Shown here: one piece after another, positions 39,547 through 50,089 of the stretch
How positions within the stretch are numbered: position 1 is the first letter of the stretch
Layout: each line of letters opens with the position of its first letter
Assembly: GCA_963832745.1 (NCBI GenBank)
Contig: CAWHVC010000003.1
Span: 224,001 to 288,000, forward strand
Direction of reading: 5' to 3'
Length of the DNA stretch: 64,000 nucleotides
From: Candidatus Bathyarchaeota archaeon
Lineage (GTDB): Archaea > Thermoproteota > Bathyarchaeia > Bathyarchaeales > Bathycorpusculaceae
Made by a program: the position numbers and the translations under genes
The notes under the pieces: model-generated
What the model was told of the DNA's origin: nothing
Database searches by the model: none
Seen by the model: the letters and a program-made list of their open reading frames with translations, nothing else

Positions 39547-40556
39547 AAGAGCTCTGGATAGAAACAGGTAAGATAGATGCTTTATCCAACCTCATAAAGA
39601 AGTACTGTGATGTTGTAGTTGAAGGCGACAAAGCTTCTTTTTTGGCTACAATACAAGAACAAACCGTTTTGTCCCCAACTGTTGAGTCTTTCGAGGAATT
39701 AGATGTTAAAGGCAAAGTTCTACGTATCTGCATAAGCGATAAGACAACTGAAAACTTGATTGTTAAAGCCGCAGAAAAAGGCGCAAGTTACATACTTATC
39801 AGCACCGCAAACTGGCGAGTTATTCCACTAGAGAATCTCATTGCCCGCATTAAGGGTAAAAGCAAACTTATCGCTGAAGTAACCAACGCTGAAGAGGCAA
39901 AAGTTGCACTTGAAACCTTGGAACTTGGCACCGACGGCGTGCTGCTAAAAACTTCTGACCCAGATGAGGTCTTAAAAACCGTTGTAGTTGTTAAGCCTGA
40001 AGCTTTGAAACTTGAAATGGCGGTTGCCAAAATCATTTCTACTAAGCCCATAAGCAATGGTGCACGCGTTTGTGTTGATACCTGCGATTTGATGATTCAG
40101 GGCGAGGGTATGCTGGTTGGCAGTCAAAGTGCGGGATTGTTTTTGGTGGAAGCTGAAGTTAACGAGAACCCGTATGTTGCGTCGCGTCCTTTCCGTGTTA
40201 ACGCTGGTTCCTGTTCAATGTACACATTGGGCAACCTCCAAACTACGCGGTACCTTCAAGAATTTAAGGCAGGCGACGAAGTGGTCATTGTTAATCGTGA
40301 GGGTAAAACACGCAGGGGAAATGTGGGTAGAATAAAAATTGAAATCCGCCCCTTAATCCTCGTGGAAGCGCTGGTTGAAGGTAAACTAATCAAAACTATT
40401 CTGCAGAACGCTGAAACTATCCGTGTGGTTACTCCTAAATCGTCTAAACCAGTCACCGAACTTAAAGAGGGCGACGAAGTCATAGTCCACTTAGCAGCAA
40501 AAGGGGGCAGGCACTTCGGCGTCAGCGTACCCGACGAAACGGTGATTGAAAAGTGA
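39543..40556 (+). CDS. 3-dehydroquinate synthase II (AroB')
   Basis: WRVIPLENLIA, RVCVDTC, RPFRVNAG, LQNAETIR, GRHFG. Confidence 0.93.
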   Translation: MKELWIETGKIDALSNLIKKYCDVVVEGDKASFLATIQEQTVLSPTVESFEELDVKGKVLRICISDKTTENLIVKAAEKGASYILISTANWRVIPLENLIARIKGKSKLIAEVTNAEEAKVALETLELGTDGVLLKTSDPDEVLKTVVVVKPEALKLEMAVAKIISTKPISNGARVCVDTCDLMIQGEGMLVGSQSAGLFLVEAEVNENPYVASRPFRVNAGSCSMYTLGNLQTTRYLQEFKAGDEVVIVNREGKTRRGNVGRIKIEIRPLILVEALVEGKLIKTILQNAETIRVVTPKSSKPVTELKEGDEVIVHLAAKGGRHFGVSVPDETVIEK

Positions 40557-41233
40557 CCCCCAAAATTTGCGTGTCCATAAAACCCAAAACCACAATTGAA
40601 GCATGTAGCCTAATCAAGAAAGCTGAAAACGCAAAAGCCGACTTCATTGAGGTCCGCTTTGACAACCTAGAGGAAACCCGCAGGTTTGAAGAAATTTCAA
40701 GCGCAACAAAAATCCCGCTTATTGCCGCAAATAAGCTGCCAAGCGAAGGCGGCAACTTTTCAGGCACCCACAATCAACGTTGGGAAACTTTGGTTTACGC
40801 TGCAAAAAGCGGTTTCCAATATGTCGATTTGGATCTAACAAACCTCAAGCTAAAAGAGAACATTATAGACTTGAAAGAGTTGGGGGTTAAAACTATTGTT
40901 TCATTCCACAGGTTTAGCGACGCTTTTACAGTTCAAGAAATGCAACGCATTTTAAATGAACAAATAAGTAGCGGGGCAGATGTATGCAAAATCATTGGTA
41001 CCGCAAAACAGGTACAAGATAACCTGACTGCACTTAATTTCGTTTCTGAAAACGCGGTTAAAACCAAGCTTGTGTGCTTCTGCATGGGTGAACAGGGCAG
41101 AATTTCGAGGCTTCTTTCGCCAGTTTTTGGGGCATTCTTCACTTTTGCATCTCTGGAAGAAGGTAGCGAGACGGCACCTGGACAAATAAGCATAAAAGAA
41201 ATGAGGACTGCCTACTCTTTATTGAGGCAGTAA
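40553..41233 (+). CDS. aroD: Type I 3-dehydroquinate dehydratase
   Basis: EVRFD, VSFH, GADVCK, CMGEQGRISR, APGQ. Confidence 0.92.
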   Translation: MTPKICVSIKPKTTIEACSLIKKAENAKADFIEVRFDNLEETRRFEEISSATKIPLIAANKLPSEGGNFSGTHNQRWETLVYAAKSGFQYVDLDLTNLKLKENIIDLKELGVKTIVSFHRFSDAFTVQEMQRILNEQISSGADVCKIIGTAKQVQDNLTALNFVSENAVKTKLVCFCMGEQGRISRLLSPVFGAFFTFASLEEGSETAPGQISIKEMRTAYSLLRQ

Positions 41234-41235
41234 CC

Positions 41236-42093
41236 TTGGCTATTTCCGCTAAAACACGTGTTTGCGCAGTTATCGGTGACCCAATAGAGCATTCGCTAAG
41301 TCCAACAATTCAAAATGCAGCGTTTGACGCGTTGGGGCTTGATTTTGTTTATACAGCTTTCAGGGTGAAGTCGTCTATGGTTGCAAACGCTTTAGCTGGA
41401 GTGCGGGCTCTTGGCATTATCGGTTTGAATGTTACTATGCCGCATAAAGAAGCAATTATACCGCAGTTAGATGGGATAGATGAAACAGCCCAATTCCTAA
41501 ATTCAGTAAACACCATCCACAACAAGGATGGCAAACTGTTCGGGTACAGCACCGACGGCATAGGCGCCCTTAACGCGCTTAAAGAGAACGGTTCTGACCC
41601 AAAGGGTAAACAAGTGCTTATGCTTGGTTCAGGCGGAGCCGCAAGAGCAATTGCGTACACGCTTGTCCAAGAAACAGATGAACTTGTTGTTCTTAACCGA
41701 ACAGTTTCAGAAGCCAAAGAATTAGCGGAAACATTAAAACAAAAATTTAACAAAAAAGTCATTGCAGATTCACTCTCACCAGAAGTAATAAAAGAAAAAA
41801 TCTGCGATTCGGACATTCTGATTAACGCAACTTCTGTCGGGATGAAACCTAACTTAGCCCAAAGTTTAATTGCACAAAACAGCTTAAAATCTGACTTGAC
41901 CGTAATGGACATAGTTTACAATCCAGTTGAAACAAAACTTGTTATCGAAGCCAAAGCTGCGGGTGCCAAGGTAGTAAGCGGCGTAGAAATGTTAATTTAT
42001 CAAGGTGCTGCATCTTTTGAAATCTGGACTGGAAAGCAGGCTCCGGTCCAGGTTATGAGAAAAGCCGCGTTTGAACAGTTAATTAGGATGTAA
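41236..42093 (+). CDS. aroE: Shikimate dehydrogenase
   Basis: IGDPIEHSLSP, NVTMPHK, GSGGAAR, NATSVGM, DIVYNP. Confidence 0.96.
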   Translation: MAISAKTRVCAVIGDPIEHSLSPTIQNAAFDALGLDFVYTAFRVKSSMVANALAGVRALGIIGLNVTMPHKEAIIPQLDGIDETAQFLNSVNTIHNKDGKLFGYSTDGIGALNALKENGSDPKGKQVLMLGSGGAARAIAYTLVQETDELVVLNRTVSEAKELAETLKQKFNKKVIADSLSPEVIKEKICDSDILINATSVGMKPNLAQSLIAQNSLKSDLTVMDIVYNPVETKLVIEAKAAGAKVVSGVEMLIYQGAASFEIWTGKQAPVQVMRKAAFEQLIRM

Positions 42094-42099
42094 ATTGTA

Positions 42100-42972
42100 G
42101 TGAAGGGAGAAGCTTTAGCGTTATCTCATGGTGCAGCAACAATCGTTAACGCCATAGCCACTGGTAAAGGGGCAGCATTCGGCGTTGACTTATACACTAA
42201 AGCACAAGTAAAACTAACCAGTGAACCGCAGGTTTTTGAATCCGAAATTACTTCAGACCAAAAAGAGAATCCAGTTTTGATACAAAAAACCGTTCAAGCA
42301 GTCCTCAAATGCTTCGGCAAAGAGAAAGAGTTTGGCGCAAAAGTCAAAACATGGAGCAACATCCCAATTGCTAGAGGACTTAAAAGCAGTAGCACAGCAG
42401 CCAACGCAGTAGCCCTCGCAACCCTTGGCGCTCTTGGCGAGACGCTGGAGGATTTGGAAACTGTAAAGCTGGGTGTACAGGCAGCTTTTGAGGCAAAGGT
42501 TACGGTTACAGGCGCTTTTGATGATGCTTGTGCCTCATTCTTTGGAGGCTTGGTAGTTACAGATAACCTGAACTGCAAACTTGTCAAGCAAGAAACCTTG
42601 ACTGAGGACTATGTAGTTCTGTTTCAGGTGCCCCCCAAAAAAGCCTACACCGTAAACACTGACATCAGCAAGCTTGCAGCGCTTAAGCCGCAGATTGAAG
42701 CAGCATACGACATGACACTGAAAGGTCTCCATTGGGAAGCTTTAACACTTAACGGATTAAGCTACTCGGCTGCTCTTGGTTTTAACTGCAAAGTCGCAGT
42801 TGACGCTTTAGCTGCGGGTGCACGGGCAGCAGGCTTGTGCGGTAAAGGACCAACAATCACTGCCGTCGTCTCCAAAGACCGCATTGAGCAAGTTAGGGCT
42901 GCTTGGCAGGATTATGAAGGGGAAATTTTACAAGCAAGTTTAAACCATGACAAAGCTAAGGTACTCGTATAA
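42100..42972 (+). CDS. aroK: Archaeal (GHMP) shikimate kinase
   Basis: GAATIVNAIATGKGAA, PIARGLKSSS, VTGAFDDA. Confidence 0.94.
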   Translation: MKGEALALSHGAATIVNAIATGKGAAFGVDLYTKAQVKLTSEPQVFESEITSDQKENPVLIQKTVQAVLKCFGKEKEFGAKVKTWSNIPIARGLKSSSTAANAVALATLGALGETLEDLETVKLGVQAAFEAKVTVTGAFDDACASFFGGLVVTDNLNCKLVKQETLTEDYVVLFQVPPKKAYTVNTDISKLAALKPQIEAAYDMTLKGLHWEALTLNGLSYSAALGFNCKVAVDALAAGARAAGLCGKGPTITAVVSKDRIEQVRAAWQDYEGEILQASLNHDKAKVLV

Positions 42973-44276
42973 TGGTCACCGTAACCGTTAAACCCACAAG
43001 CAAACTTCAAGGCACCCTTTGCGCGCCTTCGTCAAAATCTTACACACAACGTATGCTTATAGCAGCGGCGCTTTCACAAGGTACAGGAAAAGTTTCAAAC
43101 CCGCTTTTGTCAGAAGACACTGAAGCAACTTTTAGGGCTATAACAGCTTTAGGTGCCCAAGTACAAAAAGCAGCAGGTTGCTGGAATGTTCAAGGAGCAG
43201 AAGAGCTCAAAGCAGCCAGCGACTTAATTGATGTAGGCGAATCAGGTGCAACCTTGCGGTTTATGATTCCCATCGCGGCACTGGCGTCTGGGCGTTCAGC
43301 GTTTCTGTTGTCGAGTTCTTTGGAAAAAAGGCCAATTGAGCCGCTTCTTTCCAGCCTAAAACAGCTTGGAGTTAACGCTTATCATAAACAGATTGGGGAC
43401 TTTCCAGTAATCGTGGTGGAAGGGAGCGGCTTAGCTGGAGGAAGAACCAGTATCTCAGGTGATGTCAGTAGCCAATTTATCAGCGGCTTAATGTTTGCTT
43501 GCCCAATGGCTAAGGCTGACACGGAGATAACTGTTACAACACCATTAGAATCCAAAGATTACGTAAAAATGACCCAAGAAGTGCTTGCCCAACATCACGT
43601 TGAAGTGCAAATCAGCGACGATTTCCGCCACATCCACATTCCGGGGAGGCAGATTTTCAAGCAGGTTAACTGCAAAGTACCCGGCGACTTTTCCTCAGCG
43701 GCTTTTCTTTTGGCAGCAGCAGCCATCACCAAGTCAAATGTAAAAATAAACAACCTGACCTACGAGACAGCGCAGGGTGACCGTGCAATTTTGGGTGTTC
43801 TTAAGCATATGGGTGTTGAAGGCAAAGTCTGCGAGGACAGCGTAGAAATTCAAGGCACTGGCGGCTTGCTTAAGGCGGTTGATATTGACGCAAAGAATAT
43901 TCCTGATCTAGTACCGATTTGCACGGTTTTGGCTTGCTATTCTGATGGCGAGTCGAGGATTTTTAATGCTCAGCGTTTGCGGTTTAAGGAGTCTGACCGT
44001 TTAGCCACTGTCCACGAGGAGTTAACAAGAATGGGAGCTGAAATCAGCATGGACGAATCGAGCTTAACTATCAAGGGACCTTGCAAACTACACGGCGCAA
44101 CCATCAACCCGCACAATGACCACCGAATCGCCATGTCCACTGCCGTAGCCGCGCTTCGAGCCACTGACGAAACCATAATTGAAAACGCTGAGTGCGTCAG
44201 AAAGTCTTATCCAGCATTCTACACTGATTTAGAAGCATTAGGAGCGGAAATCGTTGGCGGGAAACTCGTTAGGTAA
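42972..44276 (+). CDS. aroA: EPSP synthase
   Basis: PSSKSYTQR, GESGATLR, SSQFISGL, RFKESDRL, DHRIAM. Confidence 0.96.
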   Translation: MVTVTVKPTSKLQGTLCAPSSKSYTQRMLIAAALSQGTGKVSNPLLSEDTEATFRAITALGAQVQKAAGCWNVQGAEELKAASDLIDVGESGATLRFMIPIAALASGRSAFLLSSSLEKRPIEPLLSSLKQLGVNAYHKQIGDFPVIVVEGSGLAGGRTSISGDVSSQFISGLMFACPMAKADTEITVTTPLESKDYVKMTQEVLAQHHVEVQISDDFRHIHIPGRQIFKQVNCKVPGDFSSAAFLLAAAAITKSNVKINNLTYETAQGDRAILGVLKHMGVEGKVCEDSVEIQGTGGLLKAVDIDAKNIPDLVPICTVLACYSDGESRIFNAQRLRFKESDRLATVHEELTRMGAEISMDESSLTIKGPCKLHGATINPHNDHRIAMSTAVAALRATDETIIENAECVRKSYPAFYTDLEALGAEIVGGKLVR

Positions 44277-45357
44277 AGAATTCATTGTAACAACGTTTGG
44301 GGAAAGCCACGGCAAAATCGTCGGCGTATTAATCGATGGCTGCCCAGCAGGGCTTGCGCTTTCGGAAGAGGATTTTCAGGAAGAACTTGACCGTAGAATC
44401 CCAGCAGAGCCCAAGATTGTTTCAGCCCGAGTCGAAAAAGACACAGCTAAGATTCTTAGCGGAGTGTTTAACGGCAAAACCACAGGTGCCCCCATAGCAA
44501 TTACAGTAGATAATAAAGAAACCAAATCCAGCGATTACGATGACATTAAGGACTTGCCAAGACCTGGGCACTCAGATTACCCAGCCCGCATAAGGTATGG
44601 CGGCTTTAACGATTACCGAGGCGGCGGAAGATTCTCTGGAAGAGTCACAGTTGCTCTCATACTTGCAGGAGTCATAGCTAAGAAATTGCTCGGCAGATAC
44701 AACATTGACGTTTTAGCCTACACAGCGGCAATAGGCAAAATCAAGTCCGAAACCCGATTTAATGCCTTGGAAATTCGCAAAAACCGCAACGCCGCAGCCA
44801 CGCGATGCCCTGATTTGGCGTGTGCTGAGAAAATGGAGGAAGCAATTGTTGCAGCCAGAAATGCTGGCGATAGTCTGGGCGGGATAGTTGAGTGCGCCGT
44901 GCTTAACATGCCTGTGGGAATTGGGGAACCGTTGTTTGACGCGTTGGACGCCGATTTAGCTAAGGCACTGTTTGGAGTTTCCGCAGTTAAAGGTGTCGAG
45001 TTTGGAGCTGGATTTGCGGCAGCGGAAATGTTGGGTTCCCGAAATAACGATGCATTCAGATTAAAGAATGGGAAAGTTGAGGCAGTGACAGATAACGCTG
45101 GTGGCATCTTGGGCGGCATAAGCAGTGGTATGCCAATCACGATGCGGGTAGCAATTAAACCTACACCATCAATTAGCAAGGAGCAGAAAACCGTTAACCT
45201 ATGTACAATGCAAGACACCACGTTAAGCGTAAAAGGCCGACATGACCCATGCATAGTGCCTAAAGCAGTGCCAGCCATTGAATCCGTGGTCGCTTTAACT
45301 TTGGTTGACCATCTGATTCGCGCAGGCTATGTCCCAAAAATCCTCAAGGAGCAGTAA
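44254..45357 (+). CDS. aroC: Chorismate synthase
   Basis: TFGESHG, RPGHSD, RGGGRFSGR, GRHDPC. Confidence 0.97.
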   Translation: MAGNSLGKEFIVTTFGESHGKIVGVLIDGCPAGLALSEEDFQEELDRRIPAEPKIVSARVEKDTAKILSGVFNGKTTGAPIAITVDNKETKSSDYDDIKDLPRPGHSDYPARIRYGGFNDYRGGGRFSGRVTVALILAGVIAKKLLGRYNIDVLAYTAAIGKIKSETRFNALEIRKNRNAAATRCPDLACAEKMEEAIVAARNAGDSLGGIVECAVLNMPVGIGEPLFDALDADLAKALFGVSAVKGVEFGAGFAAAEMLGSRNNDAFRLKNGKVEAVTDNAGGILGGISSGMPITMRVAIKPTPSISKEQKTVNLCTMQDTTLSVKGRHDPCIVPKAVPAIESVVALTLVDHLIRAGYVPKILKEQ

Positions 45358-45359
45358 AA

Positions 45360-45620
45360 ATGGAAGATTTGCAGACATTGCGTAAACGTGTCGACGAAAT
45401 TGACGAAAAAATTCTAAAAGCATTAAGTGAACGTGTTGAAGTCTGCAGGCAGATTGGCGAAGTTAAAAAGCAGCAGGGTCTGCCGGTGCGTGACCAATCC
45501 AGAGAAACCAAAGTTTACAGTAAAGTCAAAGAGAAAGCGGCCAATTTTCAGTTGGAACCCTCCCAAATTGAGGCGGTTTACCGCGAAATAGTTAATATGT
45601 GCAGTGCAGTTCAAAAATAG
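45360..45620 (+). CDS. Chorismate mutase (AroQ type)
   Basis: LRKRVDEIDEKILKALSER...IGEVK...PVRDQSRE. Confidence 0.92.
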   Translation: MEDLQTLRKRVDEIDEKILKALSERVEVCRQIGEVKKQQGLPVRDQSRETKVYSKVKEKAANFQLEPSQIEAVYREIVNMCSAVQK

Positions 45621-45651
45621 AAAGTAACTCTTAACGGAGAGTCATCTCACC

Positions 45652-46731
45652 TTGTTGTATGAAATAAATGAGAAAGCACTCAAACTTGAAAGTGAAGGAA
45701 AAAAGATAATCCGACTAAACCTCGGCGACCCAGACATGGCTACGCCCCCTGAAATCGTAGAAGCAGCATACGCTTCAATGAAAGCAGGCAAAACCAAGTA
45801 TTCATCATCTTACGGCGAGCTAAAACTACGTCAAAAAATCGCTGAGTTACACGGCGTTAAAGTAGAAAACGTTGTCATAACACCCGGTTCAAAATGGGCT
45901 ATTTTCAGCACCATGTTCTTAACCATGAAGAACGGCGGCAACGTAATCATCCCAACACCATACTGGACAGCTTACGATTTAATCGCAAAAAGCATCGGCG
46001 CTCAAACCAAACTACTTAAAACAGAAATGGAAACAGGCTGGAAAGTTGACTTAGAAAAACTTGAAAACCTAATTGACAATGAAACAAAAATGATTATCCT
46101 CAACAACCCAAACAATCCAACAAGCAAAGTCATGGATGACGAAACCCTTGACGGCATTGTTGAAATCGCCAACAAAAAAGGCGTCACCATACTCTCTGAC
46201 GAGGTTTACGGTGCAATCGCTTTTAAAAAGACCAAAAGCATCCTTGACTACGACAAAGAATGCAAACACATCCTTTCAAACGGGTTCAGTAAAACCTTTA
46301 CCATGACTGGTTGGCGTATCGGCTACATAGTTGCAAACAAAATGCTCGTTGACAAAGTAACCAAACTAAACCAAATCACCTTCAACAACGTACCAGTCTT
46401 TATTCAAGATGCAGCCATGAAAGGCTTAGAACTCCGCGAACGAATTGCAGAAAACATCAAAGCAAAATACAAACAACGTGCAGACCTTGCAAGCAAAAAA
46501 CTTTCAGCGGCAGGCTTCAAATTCACAACGCCAGAAGCACCATTCTATGTGTTTCCCAAACGTGACGGCTTAGACGGCGACAAATTTACGCTAAACCTGC
46601 TTGACAGCGGCGTAGCAGTTGCTCCAGGTTCAAGCTTTGGCGACTACCATGAACATTTCCGCATAAGCTTAACTGCACCAGACGACCAAATAGAAACAGC
46701 ACTAGACAAAATCGGTGAGGCAGCTCAGTAA
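45652..46731 (+). CDS. Class I/II PLP aminotransferase (probably aromatic/aspartate)
   Basis: NNPNNPT, SDEVY, GFSKTFTMTGWRIGY; within the aromatic operon. Confidence 0.9.
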   Translation: MLYEINEKALKLESEGKKIIRLNLGDPDMATPPEIVEAAYASMKAGKTKYSSSYGELKLRQKIAELHGVKVENVVITPGSKWAIFSTMFLTMKNGGNVIIPTPYWTAYDLIAKSIGAQTKLLKTEMETGWKVDLEKLENLIDNETKMIILNNPNNPTSKVMDDETLDGIVEIANKKGVTILSDEVYGAIAFKKTKSILDYDKECKHILSNGFSKTFTMTGWRIGYIVANKMLVDKVTKLNQITFNNVPVFIQDAAMKGLELRERIAENIKAKYKQRADLASKKLSAAGFKFTTPEAPFYVFPKRDGLDGDKFTLNLLDSGVAVAPGSSFGDYHEHFRISLTAPDDQIETALDKIGEAAQ

Positions 46732-46733
46732 AA

Positions 46734-47609
46734 ATGAGGACAGCCATTCTTGGCGCGGGAAAGATGGGCGTTTGGTTCGCTCGGTTCTGTAAAGGGAAAG
46801 GCGACACCGTGGTCCTTGCTGACCGTAAAGCTGAGAAACTGGCTAAACTCCGAACTGAGTTGCAAGTTGAAACAACCACAGATTTTGTTGAAGCAGTAAA
46901 GGGCGCCGATAACGTCCTAATCTGCACTTCCATATCTTCTTTTGAAGAAATAATTAAAAAAATCGCTCCTACAACCCATAAGGGGCAAGCAGTCATGGAT
47001 ATTTGCTCTGTTAAAGAGTACCCTGTTAACATTATGCATCAATATATTAAAGACGCAACCGTGCTTGGCACGCACCCAGTTTTTGGTCCAGGCAGCAACG
47101 GCGTAGCCCACAAAGCCTACGTTTTAACGCCTACTAATCCACAAGAAGAAGCCTTCGCGGAACGATACAAACTGTGGCTCGAAAAAGAAGGCGCCAACGT
47201 TTTCATCATGTCACCTCAGAAACATGACGAACTTATGTCTATCATTTTGGGTTTGCCACACTTTGTTGGGTTAGTTGCCTGCGAAACCTTGCTGGAGCAG
47301 TCAAGTTTTGCTGAATCCAAAAAGCTCGCTGGAACCACTTACCGCATGCTTTTAACACTTGCAGAAGCGACCGCACAAGAAACCCCAGACCTTTACGCTA
47401 ACGTACAAACCAAACTGGGAGACTTGGGCAAAATGGAGGAACTCTTCATCGAAAACGCGCAGGCGTGGCTTGATTTGATGAAAAACAAAGATCAGGCGGG
47501 CATTGTTGAGCGCATGGCTAAGCTGCGTGCTAAACTCGACAAAGTAGACGGCGATTACGCGAAAAGCTACCAGACTATGTATAAGATGCTGGAATCCACC
47601 GAGTCTTAA
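46734..47609 (+). CDS. tyrA: Prephenate dehydrogenase
   Basis: GAGKMG, DICSVK, THPVFGP, HDELMS...LPH. Confidence 0.93.
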   Translation: MRTAILGAGKMGVWFARFCKGKGDTVVLADRKAEKLAKLRTELQVETTTDFVEAVKGADNVLICTSISSFEEIIKKIAPTTHKGQAVMDICSVKEYPVNIMHQYIKDATVLGTHPVFGPGSNGVAHKAYVLTPTNPQEEAFAERYKLWLEKEGANVFIMSPQKHDELMSIILGLPHFVGLVACETLLEQSSFAESKKLAGTTYRMLLTLAEATAQETPDLYANVQTKLGDLGKMEELFIENAQAWLDLMKNKDQAGIVERMAKLRAKLDKVDGDYAKSYQTMYKMLESTES

Positions 47610-47710
47610 ACGTCATTGCCCTTTTTTCGGTTTAGAAACCGATTTAAAGCTAATCGGGCTCTATTTCTATAGTCAATTTTTTTGACAGTAACAGTTTTGG
47701 GCTGGAATTT

Positions 47711-48724
47711 TTGAAGAAAATAGAGGTTATCGTCAATCAGGAACAGGCAGGTACGGTTGAGAGGGTGTTTAACGAGTTAGGAATCCTCTATTTTTCTTCA
47801 GAAGTAAAAATCAACCTTAAAACTCAAGCGTACTATTCAGCTTCGTTGCCTGATGAGTTTTCTGAAAAAGTCATGAACAAAATTTCTGAAGCGCTAAACC
47901 TTGACGAAAAAGAAAATTTTGTAATGATAAGCGAAATTGAAGGATTTAGTTCAAAATATTTAGATGAACTTGAAGAAAAAGCTGGCAAAGAAGGCTCCAC
48001 CCCAAATCCAACCGAGGCATTGGTAGAAAGAACCGACCGCTATACACACTTAACCAAAGATATTGTAGCCCTAACGCTTCTAACAACCTTGGTGGCGTTG
48101 GCAGGGCTACTTTTGGATAACGTAGTTATTTTAATTGGAGCCATGATATTGGCGCCGCTCATTGGTCCCATAACCGCTTTAGCCATCAACACAAATTTGG
48201 GACGCCCAAAGAAACTGCTTCATAGCCAAACAAACGTACTTGCCCTGTTAGGTATGATTGTTTTGTTATCTGCGTTTACAACTTTTGTCATTGCTCAATT
48301 CGCGACTGTACCCTCAAGCACAATACAAATTGCAATACGAACCCACGTAAGCATCCTAGACGTGTTTATTGCCTTGGTTATTGGTTTTGCTGCGGGGTTA
48401 GCGTTTAGAGTAGAGTTGCCTGAGTATCTTTTCGGGGTAGCCATTGCGGCAGCACTTGTTCCACCTGCAGCCGTTGCGGGCATCGAATTGGCATTCCTTA
48501 ATCAAGCGTCTTTTATGAACGCTTTACTTTTGATGCTTGTCTACACGTTTGGGTTAGAATTTGGTTGTACTTTGACGTTGAGGATTATGGGTGTTTCGCC
48601 GCGTAACTTTTTTGAAAAAAGGGAAGCCAGAAAACCCACACTTTACTCTATCACGTTTCTTGCAGTGCTACTTGCTGTTCTGATTATTTTTATACTGCTA
48701 TCTCCTTTGGGACCAACCAGTTAA
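47711..48724 (+). CDS. TIGR00341/DUF389 membrane protein
   Basis: IGAMILAPLIGPI, GVAIAAALVPP. Confidence 0.85.
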   Translation: MKKIEVIVNQEQAGTVERVFNELGILYFSSEVKINLKTQAYYSASLPDEFSEKVMNKISEALNLDEKENFVMISEIEGFSSKYLDELEEKAGKEGSTPNPTEALVERTDRYTHLTKDIVALTLLTTLVALAGLLLDNVVILIGAMILAPLIGPITALAINTNLGRPKKLLHSQTNVLALLGMIVLLSAFTTFVIAQFATVPSSTIQIAIRTHVSILDVFIALVIGFAAGLAFRVELPEYLFGVAIAAALVPPAAVAGIELAFLNQASFMNALLLMLVYTFGLEFGCTLTLRIMGVSPRNFFEKREARKPTLYSITFLAVLLAVLIIFILLSPLGPTS

Positions 48725-48844
48725 ACACAACATTAAAAGGAAAAGCAGTTAACCATTAAGTTAGCTCTGCACAGGTTTTTTCAGGCACAAACAAGACGAT
48801 TTTATCAAAAAATCTATTACCTCCCAAACCAACCATTAAGAAAA

Positions 48845-49270
48845 GTGGCGTCTATGGAAAACTGTGCTAAATGCGGAAAAGAACTGGCTTGGAACGAACA
48901 GAAAATGGTTTTCTGGAACAAACAACTCAAGAAAGGCTATATCAGATGGATGGTTCTGGGGTCACCCTATTTTAATAAACAAAAAGATTTTCCACAGTAC
49001 GAGGGCAAAAAGTTGTGTCAAGACTGCGCTATAGACGTTTTCGACGAAGCCATGTCCCAAACCCCCACAGTGCAGATTAAAGGCGAAGATTTTGCGGACC
49101 TCAGAAAAAGCCTTGAAGAAAGCGGAATAGTGGTTTCAGCGTTTAACTGCCCCAAATGCAACGGCATGAATGATATCCCAGAAAAAGGCAAACTTTTAAT
49201 CTGCAAACACTGTGGAGCACCAATCAAACCTAAAGACATTTACGAAAAAATAAAAGAATTAACAAAATAA
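48845..49270 (+). CDS. Zinc-ribbon hypothetical protein
   Basis: Four CxxC pairs. Confidence 0.65.
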   Translation: MASMENCAKCGKELAWNEQKMVFWNKQLKKGYIRWMVLGSPYFNKQKDFPQYEGKKLCQDCAIDVFDEAMSQTPTVQIKGEDFADLRKSLEESGIVVSAFNCPKCNGMNDIPEKGKLLICKHCGAPIKPKDIYEKIKELTK

Positions 49271-49276
49271 CGGTTT

Positions 49277-50089
49277 TTAGATGATTCTTGGGTAAGACCC
49301 TAGAATCTTAACGAAAGTAGCATATTTTTCCAGCGCTTGCAGGGCTTCTGTGCAGCGTTTTTCTGTTCTGTGTCCTTCGAAGTCGAGGTAAAAATTGTAT
49401 TGCCAAGCGGTGGTTTTGGTTGGTCGGGATTCGATGCGTGTTAGGTTAATGTTTCTGGATGCGAATTCGCCTAGGGCATGATATAGGGTTCCGGGCGCGT
49501 GTTTGGCGCTGAAGATTATGCTGGTTTTGTCGTCTCCTGTTGGAGCTGCGTCTTCTTTTGAAAGTACAAGGAAGCGGGTGTAGTTGGATGGGTTGTCGGC
49601 GATGTCTCGGGCTACGATTTTCATGTTGTAGAGGTCTGCGGCTTTTTCGCTGGCGATTGCTGCTGCGTTAAAGAGAGCTTTTTCTTTTATCATTTTCACG
49701 CTGCCAGCGGTGTCGTAAGCTGGAATGATTTCCCATTTGTGCTTTTCAAGGTAACTGCGGCATTGACCAAGCGCTTGAGGATGGGAATAAACTGATTCGA
49801 TGTCTTCAAACTTTGTTTGAGGATTAGCGATTAAGACATGGGCGAGTTTGACGGCGACTTCTCCGCACACTTTAAGGTCATACGCTAAGAAAAGGTCATA
49901 GTTTTGGTTGACGCTACCCTCGATTGAGTTTTCAATCGGCACAACACCATTGGGAACTGCGCCGGTGTTTACGGATTCAAAGACGTCTCGGAAATCCTTA
50001 CAGGGCACAGGCTCTATTTTGCTGCCGAAAAATTTGTAGACAGCCATTTCGCTGTAAGCGCCAGTTTCTCCCTGATAGGTTACTTTCAT
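49277..50089 (-). CDS. pheA: Prephenate dehydratase
   Basis: YQGETGAYSE, PIENSIEGSV, SHPQALGQC, NYTRF, ESRP, LGSY. Confidence 0.96.
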   Translation of the reverse strand: MKVTYQGETGAYSEMAVYKFFGSKIEPVPCKDFRDVFESVNTGAVPNGVVPIENSIEGSVNQNYDLFLAYDLKVCGEVAVKLAHVLIANPQTKFEDIESVYSHPQALGQCRSYLEKHKWEIIPAYDTAGSVKMIKEKALFNAAAIASEKAADLYNMKIVARDIADNPSNYTRFLVLSKEDAAPTGDDKTSIIFSAKHAPGTLYHALGEFASRNINLTRIESRPTKTTAWQYNFYLDFEGHRTEKRCTEALQALEKYATFVKILGSYPRII

